In this document: positions 45,701-52,776 of the stretch, piece by piece
Numbering within the stretch: position 1 is the first letter of the stretch
How the letters are laid out: each line of letters opens with the position of its first letter
Assembly (NCBI GenBank): GCA_038323195.1
Contig: JBBQGQ010000015.1
Location: 33,527-97,526, forward strand
Length of the DNA stretch: 64,000 bases
From: Acidimicrobiia bacterium
Lineage (GTDB): Bacteria > Actinomycetota > Acidimicrobiia > IMCC26256 > PALSA-610
Direction: 5' to 3'
Made by a program: the position numbers and the translations under genes
The notes under the pieces: model-generated
Told to the model about the DNA's origin: nothing
Databases searched by the model: none
The model's input: only the letters and a program-made list of their open reading frames with translations

Positions 45701-46312
45701 CAGTGTGCGCGTGCCGTCGGCCTTCTGCTGGTCGATGGCGAGGCCGAGGTTCACGTGGGCGTGGCGCACGACGCTGGGCTTGCCGTCGACGACCCCGAAG
45801 CTCGCGTTCATGCTCGGGACGCGCTGCAGCGCGCGGATCACGGCGAATCCGATGAGGTGGGTGAAGCTCACCTTGCCCCCGCGGTCGCGCGCGAGCTGGT
45901 TGTTCAGGATCTGCCGGTTGATCTCGAGCAGCTTCGCGGGCAGCGTGCGCACGGATGTGGCGGTGGGTACGCCGAGACTGGCTTCCATGTTCTCGACGAC
46001 TCGCGCCGACGCGCCGCGCAGCGGTTCGGGTGCCTCGCCGTCGAGGACGACCGGCGGACGGGACCCGTCGGCCTTGGCCGCCGCGGGCGGTGGTATGGGT
46101 GCGGGAGCGACCGAAGCTGCGGGAGCGGGCGTCGCGATCTCGGCGCGGGGTTGGTAGTCGGCGAAGAACTCACGCCAGCCCGCCGACACTGCGTTCGCGT
46201 TCTCCCGGTAAAGGCGGTACATCTCGTCGATCAGCCCGGCGTTGGGTCCGAGGTCCGCGAGGCGAGACCGGGCCAGGGTCGCCTCGGTCGTCGGCGTCGC
46301 ATCGGTGGTCAT
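42701..46312 (-). CDS. kgd: multifunctional 2-oxoglutarate dehydrogenase/decarboxylase E1 fused to E2 succinyltransferase domain (Kgd/OdhA type)
   Basis: 1203-aa ORF. An N-terminal E2-like acyltransferase domain (...SFTHLIGFAVIRAL...TNPGTIG...) is followed by a TPP-dependent E1o (HGDAAFAGQGVV, RYGHNESDEP). This architecture is characteristic of Corynebacteriales and other actinobacteria. Confidence 0.95.
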   Translation of the reverse strand: MTTDATPTTEATLARSRLADLGPNAGLIDEMYRLYRENANAVSAGWREFFADYQPRAEIATPAPAASVAPAPIPPPAAAKADGSRPPVVLDGEAPEPLRGASARVVENMEASLGVPTATSVRTLPAKLLEINRQILNNQLARDRGGKVSFTHLIGFAVIRALQRVPSMNASFGVVDGKPSVVRHAHVNLGLAIDQQKADGTRTLLVPNVKNADTLDFAAFHAAYEDLIRRARTNKLTVDDFVGTTVSLTNPGTIGTLHSVPRLMPGQGVIVGVGAITYPPEYEGADPQTLAEIGVSKTVTLTSTYDHRIIQGAESGELLASLHDLLLGGDAFYDDIFSSFGVPYEPARWSPDHSPLEDSVEAQHKIIAVQQLINMYRVRGHLIANLDPLGLKEPRTHEELDPNHWGLTIWDLDREFPTGGLAGGDAMKLRDILGVLRDAYARTIGVEYMHIQEPDQKAWIQQKVEGVHGDTSLDDKRRILSALNGAEAFERFLHTKFLGQKRFSLEGAETLIPMLDFLIDRAADAGVEEVVMAMAHRGRLNVLANVVGKSYEQIFREFEGELDPSVPQGSGDVKYHVGATGKFTAASGATIGITMAANPSHLEAVDPVAEGMARAKQDRLGDASHDHVLSVLIHGDAAFAGQGVVAETLNLSELPGYDVGGTVHIVVNNQVGFTTPPGFARSTVYATDIAKAVQAPIFHVNGDDPEASVRTIRLALEFRNVFKKDVVVDMVCYRRYGHNESDEPAFTQPRMYAVISKRRSIRKLYTELLVNRGDLTLDEAEHALEDFRGRLEVAFDETKTSERPPATVGTEPPEPTPAHVATGVPRERLDRIVDALTTFPPGFEPHPKLARILANRRTEFDGDQIDWALAEALAFGSLLLEGTPVRVAGQDTRRGTFSQRHATVVDHRTEQEYTSLEHLGTDAAPFMIYDTVLSEFAAVGFEYGYSVSDHDALVCWEAQFGDFDNGAQTIIDQFIVAAEDKWGQRSGLVMLLPHGFEGQGPEHSSARLERFLVLSAQDNIRVVYPTTAAQYFHVLRRQMHDPTRKPLIVMTPKRYLRMPVTASPVGAFTAGGFEPVLDDPAAPAEVERVIFCSGKFGHELIARRDAEHAPVAVVRLEQLYPWPRQELDAVLARYPDAEVIWAQEEPGNMGARYFARRRLEEIAHGRPVAVIARAESPSPASGSSTVHDAEQNALLDAAIRLDG

Positions 46313-46420
46313 GTTGAACGCACCTCGTTCCGGGGCGGGTGGCTGCCCCTCGTCACCTCTTGAGCGTATGACACCCGATCAGCCCGCTCACGCCCTCCGG
46401 GCGCGCGGGCGGAGTGGTGC

Positions 46421-47785
46421 TCAGCGCCGTACGAGCTCGGCGAGCCGGAACGCGAGATCGAGCGACTGGCGCGCGTTGAGCCGCGGATCGCAACGGGTCT
46501 CGTACTTGTTCTCGAGCTGCTCGCCGCGCACGTCGTCGCCGCCGCCGAGGCATTCGGTGACGTCGTCGCCGGTCAGCTCGAGGTGGATCGCGCCCGGCCA
46601 TACGTCGGCCGCGTGACAGGCCAGAAAGAACTGCTCGACCTCGTGCATGACCGCGTCGAAATGGCGGGTCTTGTAGCCGCTCTCGTGCGCGTAGGTGTTG
46701 CCGTGCATCGGATCGCACGCCCACACGACCGGATGACCGGCCCGGGTCACCGCTCGCAGGAGCGGTGGCAGCCTCTCGGCGACCTGCTCGGCACCCATCC
46801 GGCTCACCAGCACCAGCCGGCCGGGCTCGCGGGCCGGATCGAGGCGGCGGCACAGCGCCACGGCCTCGTCGGGGGTCGCGTCGGGTCCGAGCTTCACGCC
46901 GATCGGGTTCTGCACCCCGGAGAGGAACTCGACGTGCGCGCCGTCGACCTGCCGGGTGCGCTCGCCGATCCACAGCAGGTGGGCGGAACAGTCGTACCAG
47001 TCGCCGGTCAGGCTGTCGCGGCGGGTGAGCGCCTCCTCGAACGCGAGGACCAGCGCATCGTGCGAGGTGTAGAAGTCGACCGCGTGCAGCTGCGTCTCGT
47101 TGGCCAGGTCGATTCCGCATGCCGCCATGAACTGCAGCGCCCGCTCGATGCCGTCTGCGATCTCCTCGTAGCGACGGCCCTCACGGCGCGACGCGATGAA
47201 CTCCAGGTTCCACTGGTGCACGCGGTTGAGATCGGCGAAGCCGCCCTTCGTGAACGCGCGTAACAGGTTGAGCGTGGCGGCCGCCTGGTTGTAGCCGCGC
47301 AGCATGCGCTGCGGGTCGGGACGGCGGGCGATGGCGTCGAACGCGAAGTCGTTCACGATGTCGCCGAAGTACGACGGTAGCTCTCGCCCGTCGCGCCGCT
47401 CGATCGGCGACGAGCGCGGCTTGGCGAACTGTCCCGCGATCCGTCCGACCTTCACGGTCGGCACGCCGGTGCTGTACGTCAACACGACCGACATCTGCAG
47501 GATCACCTTGAGCTTGTCGCGGATGTTGTCGGCCGTGAACTCGGCGAACGACTCCGCGCAGTCGCCCGCGTGGAGAAGAAAGCCCTCGCCCACGCTGACG
47601 GCCGCGAGCGATTCCCGAAGCGAGCGCGCCTCGCCCGCGAACACGAGCGGCGGCATGCGGCGTAGCTCGGCGGTGACCTCGTCGAGCGCGGCCGGATCGG
47701 GCCACTCGGGTTGGTGGGCGGCGGCACGGCCGCGCCAGCTCGTAGGTTCCCAGTCGAAGTTGCCCAGCGGCACGGGTGCGGTCAT
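46421..47785 (-). CDS. aroG: class II 3-deoxy-7-phosphoheptulonate (DAHP) synthase
   Basis: 454-aa ORF. PPLVFAGEARSL...GDCAESF...RIAGQFAKPRSS...HMLWIGERTR-like motifs and the length fit plant-like/type II DAHPS. Confidence 0.9.
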   Translation of the reverse strand: MTAPVPLGNFDWEPTSWRGRAAAHQPEWPDPAALDEVTAELRRMPPLVFAGEARSLRESLAAVSVGEGFLLHAGDCAESFAEFTADNIRDKLKVILQMSVVLTYSTGVPTVKVGRIAGQFAKPRSSPIERRDGRELPSYFGDIVNDFAFDAIARRPDPQRMLRGYNQAAATLNLLRAFTKGGFADLNRVHQWNLEFIASRREGRRYEEIADGIERALQFMAACGIDLANETQLHAVDFYTSHDALVLAFEEALTRRDSLTGDWYDCSAHLLWIGERTRQVDGAHVEFLSGVQNPIGVKLGPDATPDEAVALCRRLDPAREPGRLVLVSRMGAEQVAERLPPLLRAVTRAGHPVVWACDPMHGNTYAHESGYKTRHFDAVMHEVEQFFLACHAADVWPGAIHLELTGDDVTECLGGGDDVRGEQLENKYETRCDPRLNARQSLDLAFRLAELVRR

Positions 47786-47815
47786 GAATCCATCACGGTC
47801 TTCTGCGATCAGCGA

Positions 47816-48355
47816 TCAGAGGTAGGCGCCGGGCGTGCGCTCGCCGGTGCCGCCCATCTCGAGCGACCGGCGGCTGCGCATTTCCTCGAACTGGCGTTGC
47901 GCCTGGACCTGCTGCGTGAACAGGGTGGCCTGGATGCCGTGGAAGAGTCCTTCGAGCCAGCCGACCAGCTGCGCCTGCGCGATGCGCAGCTCCGCATCGC
48001 TCGGTGTGTCGCTCGAGAACCCCAGCGTCACGTCGGAGAGCTCCTGGCGGAGGTCGGGCGAGAGGATCTCCTGGAGCTCGCGGATGGAGCGCTCGTGGAT
48101 CTCCTTCAGCGAACGGCGTCCGGCGTCGTCGAGCGGCGCGCGGCGCGCTTCGTCGAGCAAGGAGCGGACCATCGCCGCGATGCGGATGAGCTTCGTCGGT
48201 CGCGCGACCTGTTCGCCGTCGTCGGCCGCGGCGGCGGGGTTCGTCGGCGCGTCGACGACTTCGGGCGTGACCGGTCCATCGCCACTACTCGAATTGGCGC
48301 TACTGGAACTGCTCACGGCGGAACTTCCATCGGTGCCGGGTTCCATCTGCGTCAC
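47816..48355 (-). CDS. bpa: bacterial proteasome activator (Bpa/PafE family, DUF2587)
   Basis: 179-aa ORF with a disordered S-rich N-terminus, a helical body (PTKLIRIAAMVRSLLDEAR...AQLVGWLEGLFHGIQ) and a C-terminal ...GAYL. The Mycobacterium protein ends in GQYL. Confidence 0.8.
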   Translation of the reverse strand: MTQMEPGTDGSSAVSSSSSANSSSGDGPVTPEVVDAPTNPAAAADDGEQVARPTKLIRIAAMVRSLLDEARRAPLDDAGRRSLKEIHERSIRELQEILSPDLRQELSDVTLGFSSDTPSDAELRIAQAQLVGWLEGLFHGIQATLFTQQVQAQRQFEEMRSRRSLEMGGTGERTPGAYL

Positions 48356-48398
48356 GGGCAGGCATGGTACCGGCCGGACCGCCGGCCGCTCCGGCAGA

Positions 48399-48430
48399 TA
48401 TTCAGACCAAGGCCTATTCAGACCAAGGCC
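48399..48430. repeat. perfect 16-bp tandem duplication TATTCAGACCAAGGCC x2 spanning the helicase stop codon
   Basis: 48399-48414 is identical to 48415-48430. The upstream copy (in gene orientation) encodes the last residues ...ALV plus TGA. The second copy lies just 3' of the stop. Confidence 0.9.
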
Positions 48431-49596
48431 GTCTTGCGCCGGGGCGCCGGACCGTCGAGGGCAGCGAGGTTGGCGAGACGGGGATCGTTCGAGAACACCT
48501 CGACGATGGGTTCGCGCATCCCGAGCCGGCGTTGCAGCCGCTCGACCTCGAGCTCCTGGTTCCAGAGCACGAACGTGACGACCATTCCCTCGTTGCCGGC
48601 GCGGGCGGTGCGCCCGGAACGGTGCACGTACGACTTCTGCTCCTCGGGCGGGTCGTAGTGCACGACCACGTCGACGTCGTCGACATGGATACCTCGGGCG
48701 GCCACATCGGTCGCCACGAGCACACCGTGCTCGTCCTCTTGGAAGTCGCGCAGCGCCTTCTCACGCGCAGACTGGCGCAGGTCGCCGTGAATCGCGGCCG
48801 CGGCCACCCCCTCGCGTTTGAGCTGCGAGACGAGCTTGTCGGCACCACGCTTCGTGCGCACGAACACCAACGTGCGCGACACGCCGTGAGATATGGCGGC
48901 AAGGACCTTGATCCGGTCGAGCTCGTGCACCTTCAAGAACCGGTGCAACATCTCGTCGACGGTCTGCGTGTCGGATGCGACCTCGTGCAAGACCGGATCG
49001 CGCATGTAGCGCCGCACGAGGACGTCGACCTCGCGGTCGAGCGTCGCGGAGAACAGCAGCGTCTGGCGGTTGTCGGGGACCTTGCGCATGATCCACTCGA
49101 CCTGGGGGAGAAATCCCATGTCGGCCATGCGGTCGGCCTCGTCGATGATGAGGATCCCGATGGCGTCGAGATCCAGCTCACCGCGCTCGAGCAAGTCGAT
49201 CAACCGGCCCGGTGTCGCGACCGCGACCTCGATCTTGCGCGAGAGATTGCGGATCTGGCGGTCCATCGAGGTGCCGCCGTAGAACGCGGCGACGCGCACG
49301 CCGATCTGCTTGCCGATCGGGCTCAGCACGTCGACGACCTGCTTGGCGAGCTCGCGGGTCGGGACGAGCACGAGCGCGGTCGGATGTCCGGGCCGGGCCG
49401 CGTGAACGGTCTGGAGGGACGGCAGGCCGAAGGCGAGCGTCTTGCCCGAGCCGGTCTTCGCCTTGCCGCACACGTCTCGCCCGGCGAGGGCGTCTTCGAT
49501 GGTCGCGGCTTGGACCGGAAATGGCTCGTCGATGCCCTGCGCCGCGAGGGCGTCGACGATCTCGGCCCGGAGGCCGAGCGATCTGAATGTGGTCAC
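48418..49596 (-). CDS. DEAD-box ATP-dependent RNA helicase
   Basis: GTG at 49596 lies 4 nt after GAGGAG. Q-motif FPVQ, AKTGSGKT, DEAD (IIDEADRM), SAT and HRSGRTARAG are all present. The 91-aa N-terminal extension in the track ORF runs through non-coding tandem repeats. Confidence 0.9.
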   Translation of the reverse strand: MTTFRSLGLRAEIVDALAAQGIDEPFPVQAATIEDALAGRDVCGKAKTGSGKTLAFGLPSLQTVHAARPGHPTALVLVPTRELAKQVVDVLSPIGKQIGVRVAAFYGGTSMDRQIRNLSRKIEVAVATPGRLIDLLERGELDLDAIGILIIDEADRMADMGFLPQVEWIMRKVPDNRQTLLFSATLDREVDVLVRRYMRDPVLHEVASDTQTVDEMLHRFLKVHELDRIKVLAAISHGVSRTLVFVRTKRGADKLVSQLKREGVAAAAIHGDLRQSAREKALRDFQEDEHGVLVATDVAARGIHVDDVDVVVHYDPPEEQKSYVHRSGRTARAGNEGMVVTFVLWNQELEVERLQRRLGMREPIVEVFSNDPRLANLAALDGPAPRRKTALV

Positions 49597-49727
49597 GTTG
49601 CTCCTCAACCTGTACGTCGTATCGGAGGCCGATCCTCGGCATCTCCGAACGGGAAACAGGTGAGGGACGGCCGCGGGCCCGGCAGATGGAGTGGACCCGA
49701 ACCACCAGAATAGCTGGTCAGAGCTAC

Positions 49728-49857
49728 CGACCCGTACTTCCGGCTCGAACCGCACTGAGCCCCGAGCCCGGGCGACTGCCCGGGCGAGCCGACGACCCGT
49801 ACTTCCGGCTCGAACCGCACTGAGCCCCGCGCCCGGGCGACCGCCCGGGCGAGCCGA
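49728..49857. repeat. 65-bp tandem direct repeat x2 (63/65 identical) containing four copies of GCCCGGGCGA
   Basis: Unit 1 is 49728-49792 and unit 2 is 49793-49857, differing at two positions (A/C and T/C). GCCCGGGCGA occurs at 49766, 49778, 49831 and 49843. The repeat lies between the divergent helicase and amidohydrolase genes. Confidence 0.95.
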
Positions 49858-49883
49858 GGGAGGCCTCAATTAACCTCGCGGCC

Positions 49884-51074
49884 GTGGCGTACGCGACGAG
49901 ACCGATGCACGACGCCGACTCGCACATCATGGAGCCGGCCGACTGGCTGCACCCCTACCTCGACGGGCCGACTCGGGAGCGCTTCCCGCTCGTCTGGAAC
50001 GACGCCAACGAGGACACGACGCCGGACGATGCGGTGGAACGCGCCGCCGCCATGCACCGCGATCCGGCGTATCGCGCCGACGACGCGGCCGAGATCACGT
50101 TGCGCAAGAACTTCCTCGCGACGGGCTCGTTCCTGAACCGCGACCGGGGTGTCGCGCTCGACCTCCTCGGCTTCGCGAGCCAGCTCGTGTTCGACACGTT
50201 CACGAGCCCGCACGCGCTGCGCTTCGATCGCGACGGCGACCACGCGCTTGCGGTGGCGCTCGCGCGCGCGCAACACCGCGCCGTCGTCGACTGGTGTTCA
50301 GTCGACCCACGCCTCCTGCCGGTGACCGTCGTGCCGGTCGGTGATACCGCCGCCGCGGTCGCGCTCGGCGCCGAAGCGATCGACGCGGGCAGCGCCGCGA
50401 TCTGGATCGGCCAGTACCCGGCCGGGCACTCGCCGAGCCACGTCGCGCTCGAACTGCTGTGGGCCGCGTGCGCGGAGGCGGGCGTGCCGGTGGTGCTGCA
50501 TGTCGCCGGCGCCGGCGCCAATGTGATGGCGCCCGAATTCTTCGACAACGGTCTGCCGCCGGTGCCCGATTTCCACGGCGGCGACACGAACTTCAAATCG
50601 ATCGACTACCTCTCGATCCCCCTTCCGGTCATGCAGACGCTGAACGCGCTGATCGTCGACGGCGTGTTGATGCGCCATCCCTCGTTGCGGATCGGCGTGA
50701 TCGAATTGGGTGCCACGTGGGTACCGGGGTGGATGCGCTCGCTCGACTCGGCGCACGAAGCATTCCGCAAGAACGAGACCCGGCTGCAGAAGATGGACCT
50801 GCGGCCGAGCGAGTACGTGCAGCGTCAGGTGCGCGTCACGCCTTATCCGCACGAGGACACGGGTTGGACCATCACGAACGCCGGCGACGACGTGTGCATG
50901 TTCTCGTCCGATTTCCCGCACGTCGAGGGCGGGCGGAACCCGATCGCGCGCTTCGAACGCAGCATGGATGCCGCCGGCCTGGGTGCCGACGCGCGCGAGC
51001 GGTTCTACGTCGAGAACTTCGTCGACCTGTTGGGTCCGGTGCTCGACCGCCGCGGCGTCTCGACCGTCGCCTGA
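49884..51074 (+). CDS. amidohydrolase-2 family metal-dependent hydrolase
   Basis: 396-aa ORF. N-terminal HDADSHIMEP and C-terminal FSSDFPHVEG are typical of this family. TAACCT (49871-49876) lies 7 nt upstream of the GTG at 49884 (leaderless pattern). An alternative ATG is at 49905. Confidence 0.75.
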   Translation: MAYATRPMHDADSHIMEPADWLHPYLDGPTRERFPLVWNDANEDTTPDDAVERAAAMHRDPAYRADDAAEITLRKNFLATGSFLNRDRGVALDLLGFASQLVFDTFTSPHALRFDRDGDHALAVALARAQHRAVVDWCSVDPRLLPVTVVPVGDTAAAVALGAEAIDAGSAAIWIGQYPAGHSPSHVALELLWAACAEAGVPVVLHVAGAGANVMAPEFFDNGLPPVPDFHGGDTNFKSIDYLSIPLPVMQTLNALIVDGVLMRHPSLRIGVIELGATWVPGWMRSLDSAHEAFRKNETRLQKMDLRPSEYVQRQVRVTPYPHEDTGWTITNAGDDVCMFSSDFPHVEGGRNPIARFERSMDAAGLGADARERFYVENFVDLLGPVLDRRGVSTVA

Positions 51075-51079
51075 CGCAC

Positions 51080-51112
51080 GGAGTGCCGGGCGGAACGGGC
51101 CGCGGCGACTCC
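51080..51112. terminator. imperfect GC-rich hairpin between convergent genes (possible bidirectional terminator)
   Basis: GGAGT (51080-51084) pairs with ACTCC (51108-51112), with inner GCCG/CGGC and GGC/GCC pairs. It sits between the amidohydrolase stop (51074) and the ParA-like stop (51118). Confidence 0.3.
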
Positions 51113-51117
51113 GACGC

Positions 51118-51714
51118 TTAGGACTCGCGTGCGGCGCGCAACACTCGGCGCCAGACCGCGCGATAGGACTCCACGCCGTCCGGCGACAATGCCCCTTCGG
51201 GACCGGCCGCGATCGACACCCGCTCGGGCACGCTGCCCCACACCGCGACGCCGGCTTCGCTCCACGCCGCGACGACGTCCTGGTAGTCGCGGGTATAGGT
51301 GCGGGCCGAGCAGATCACGAGACCGACCGGCAACTTGCGCGGCACGACGTCGAGTACCGCTTCGACGCGCGCGGTCTCGACCCCCCCGATGCGCGTCGGA
51401 ACGACGACGACGTCGGCGCGCTCGATCGCCTTCGCGAGGAGCCGCTCGTTGCCGGGCGGCGTGTCGACGACCGCGACGTCCTCGGTGTCGATCCGGTCGA
51501 GCGCCTTGAGCAGCAGCCGGTCGGTCGGGGCCTCGACCAGCGTCAGCCGCTCGAAATACTCGTCCTCGGCGCTCTCGATCCAGTCGGCGGCGCTGGCCTG
51601 CGGGTCGGCGTCGACCAGCGTTGCCGGCCGCCGGGCGGCCGCGAGGGCCGCGAGGTACACCGTTGTGGTCGTCTTGCCGACCCCGCCCTTGAGTGCCGCG
51701 ACCACGATGATCAT
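51118..51714 (-). CDS. small ParA/MinD-superfamily ATPase (orphan ParA-like, about 198 aa)
   Basis: ATG at 51714 gives MIIVVAALKGGVGKTTTTVYLA (deviant Walker A KGGxGKT), then VDADPQ and VVDTPPG. TACGTT (complement of 51721-51726) lies 6 nt upstream of the ATG. No ParB-like ORF is adjacent. Confidence 0.8.
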   Translation of the reverse strand: MIIVVAALKGGVGKTTTTVYLAALAAARRPATLVDADPQASAADWIESAEDEYFERLTLVEAPTDRLLLKALDRIDTEDVAVVDTPPGNERLLAKAIERADVVVVPTRIGGVETARVEAVLDVVPRKLPVGLVICSARTYTRDYQDVVAAWSEAGVAVWGSVPERVSIAAGPEGALSPDGVESYRAVWRRVLRAARES

Positions 51715-51789
51715 CGCCCGAACGTATCCAGTCGGGACGACTCCCCCCAACCACCCCCGCCGGGGCGGCGAGGGTGGAGGCCGGTGCGA

Positions 51790-51817
51790 GAAGCCTACCT
51801 ACAAGTAGGTAGGCTTC
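51790..51817. promoter_or_regulatory. perfect 28-bp palindrome GAAGCCTACCTAC-AA-GTAGGTAGGCTTC (candidate operator)
   Basis: 13-bp perfect inverted arms with a 2-bp spacer, read directly. The palindrome ends 5 nt before the desaturase ATG (51823) and overlaps a TAGGCT -10-like hexamer (51810-51815). It lies 76 bp upstream of the divergent ParA-like gene. Confidence 0.6.
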
Positions 51818-51822
51818 CGGGT

Positions 51823-52758
51823 ATGACCATGACTCTGACGATCACCCCCGACCTGGTGGAGGTTCTCGCTCCGCGAGTCGAGCAACTGTTCGAGCGTCAC
51901 CTCTCGACGACGAAGTCGTGGATGCCGCACGCGCTGGTCCCGTGGGAACGCGCGGCCGAGTCGGCACCTCGGGGCGAGTGGGACGCGGCGAGCTCCCAGA
52001 TCCCGGCCGGCGTGCGCAGCGCGCTCGTCGTCAATCTGCTCACCGAGGACAACCTCCCCTACTACTTCGAGACCATCAACCGCATGTTCGCGAACGACGT
52101 GTGGCGCGAATGGGCGCGACGTTGGGTCGCCGAGGAGATGCGTCACGCGATCGTGATCCGCGACTACATCACGGTCACGCACGCAGTCGATCTCGACGCG
52201 CTCGAACTCGCGCGGATGCACCAGGTGTGTGGTGGACAAGTGCCGCAGCCCGAATCCGCCGTCGACACGCTCGCATATGTCGCGCTGCAGGAGTTGGCGA
52301 CGCGCATCTCGCATCGCAACACCGGGAACATGCTCGAGGACGAGGCCGGCTACAAGGTGATGGCGCGCGTCGCGGCCGACGAGAACCTGCACTATCTCTT
52401 CTATCGCGACCTCGTGTCGGCTGCGCTCGAGGTCGACCCGTCCGGCACGGTGTGCGCGATCGAGCGCCAGGTGCGGACGTTCGAGATGCCGGGCGCCGGC
52501 ATCCCCGATTTCAGCGCCCACGCGTCGGCGATCGCCGCGGCCGGGATCTACGACTTGGTATCGCACCACGATCAGGTGCTCGTGCCGGTCGTGTTGCGCC
52601 ACTGGGGAATCGAGACGCTCGAGGGCCTCGACGCCGACGCGGAAGTCGCGCGCGAGCGCATCATCAAGCACATCGCACGCATCGACCGAATCGGACGGCG
52701 GATCGCCGATCGCCGTGCGCCCGAGTCGGTCGGAGCCGATCGCAGCGCGCATCCGTAG
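51823..52758 (+). CDS. acyl-ACP desaturase (soluble di-iron, DesA-like)
   Basis: ATG at 51823. The di-iron motifs WVAEEMRHA and LQELATRISH (ExxH pairs) and LTEDNLPYY are typical of stearoyl-ACP desaturase-like proteins. Confidence 0.85.
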   Translation: MTMTLTITPDLVEVLAPRVEQLFERHLSTTKSWMPHALVPWERAAESAPRGEWDAASSQIPAGVRSALVVNLLTEDNLPYYFETINRMFANDVWREWARRWVAEEMRHAIVIRDYITVTHAVDLDALELARMHQVCGGQVPQPESAVDTLAYVALQELATRISHRNTGNMLEDEAGYKVMARVAADENLHYLFYRDLVSAALEVDPSGTVCAIERQVRTFEMPGAGIPDFSAHASAIAAAGIYDLVSHHDQVLVPVVLRHWGIETLEGLDADAEVARERIIKHIARIDRIGRRIADRRAPESVGADRSAHP

Positions 52759-52776
52759 GTTTCGCGCCGTCGGCCG

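Noticed and set aside
43193-46363. Two long plus-strand ORFs (542 and 484 aa)
   Set aside because: Both are antisense to the 1203-aa kgd gene, which has unambiguous E1o/E2 motifs. Their translations are Arg/Gly/Val/Asp-rich with no recognisable domains.
49690-49727. Possible tRNA or tRNA pseudogene (T-arm-like GGTGG-TTCGGGT-CCACT and adjacent stem-loop on the minus strand)
   Set aside because: No acceptor stem can be formed, because the complement of the 3' flank is absent upstream. The putative anticodon loop has 6 nt, and there is no D arm. It is kept only as a structural note inside the repeat finding.
49728-49857. Possible CRISPR array
   Set aside because: There are only two units, they are directly abutting with no spacers, the 65-bp unit is too long, and no cas genes are in the window.
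49597-49869. N-terminal 91-aa extension of the helicase ORF, and the small ORFs 49587..49823, 49605..49820, 49691..49873 and 49724..49930
   Set aside because: They read through the 65-bp tandem repeats, so the peptide repeats mirror the DNA repeat. A GTG with a GAGGAG SD at 49596 starts exactly at the conserved helicase N-terminus (TFRSLGL...FPVQ).
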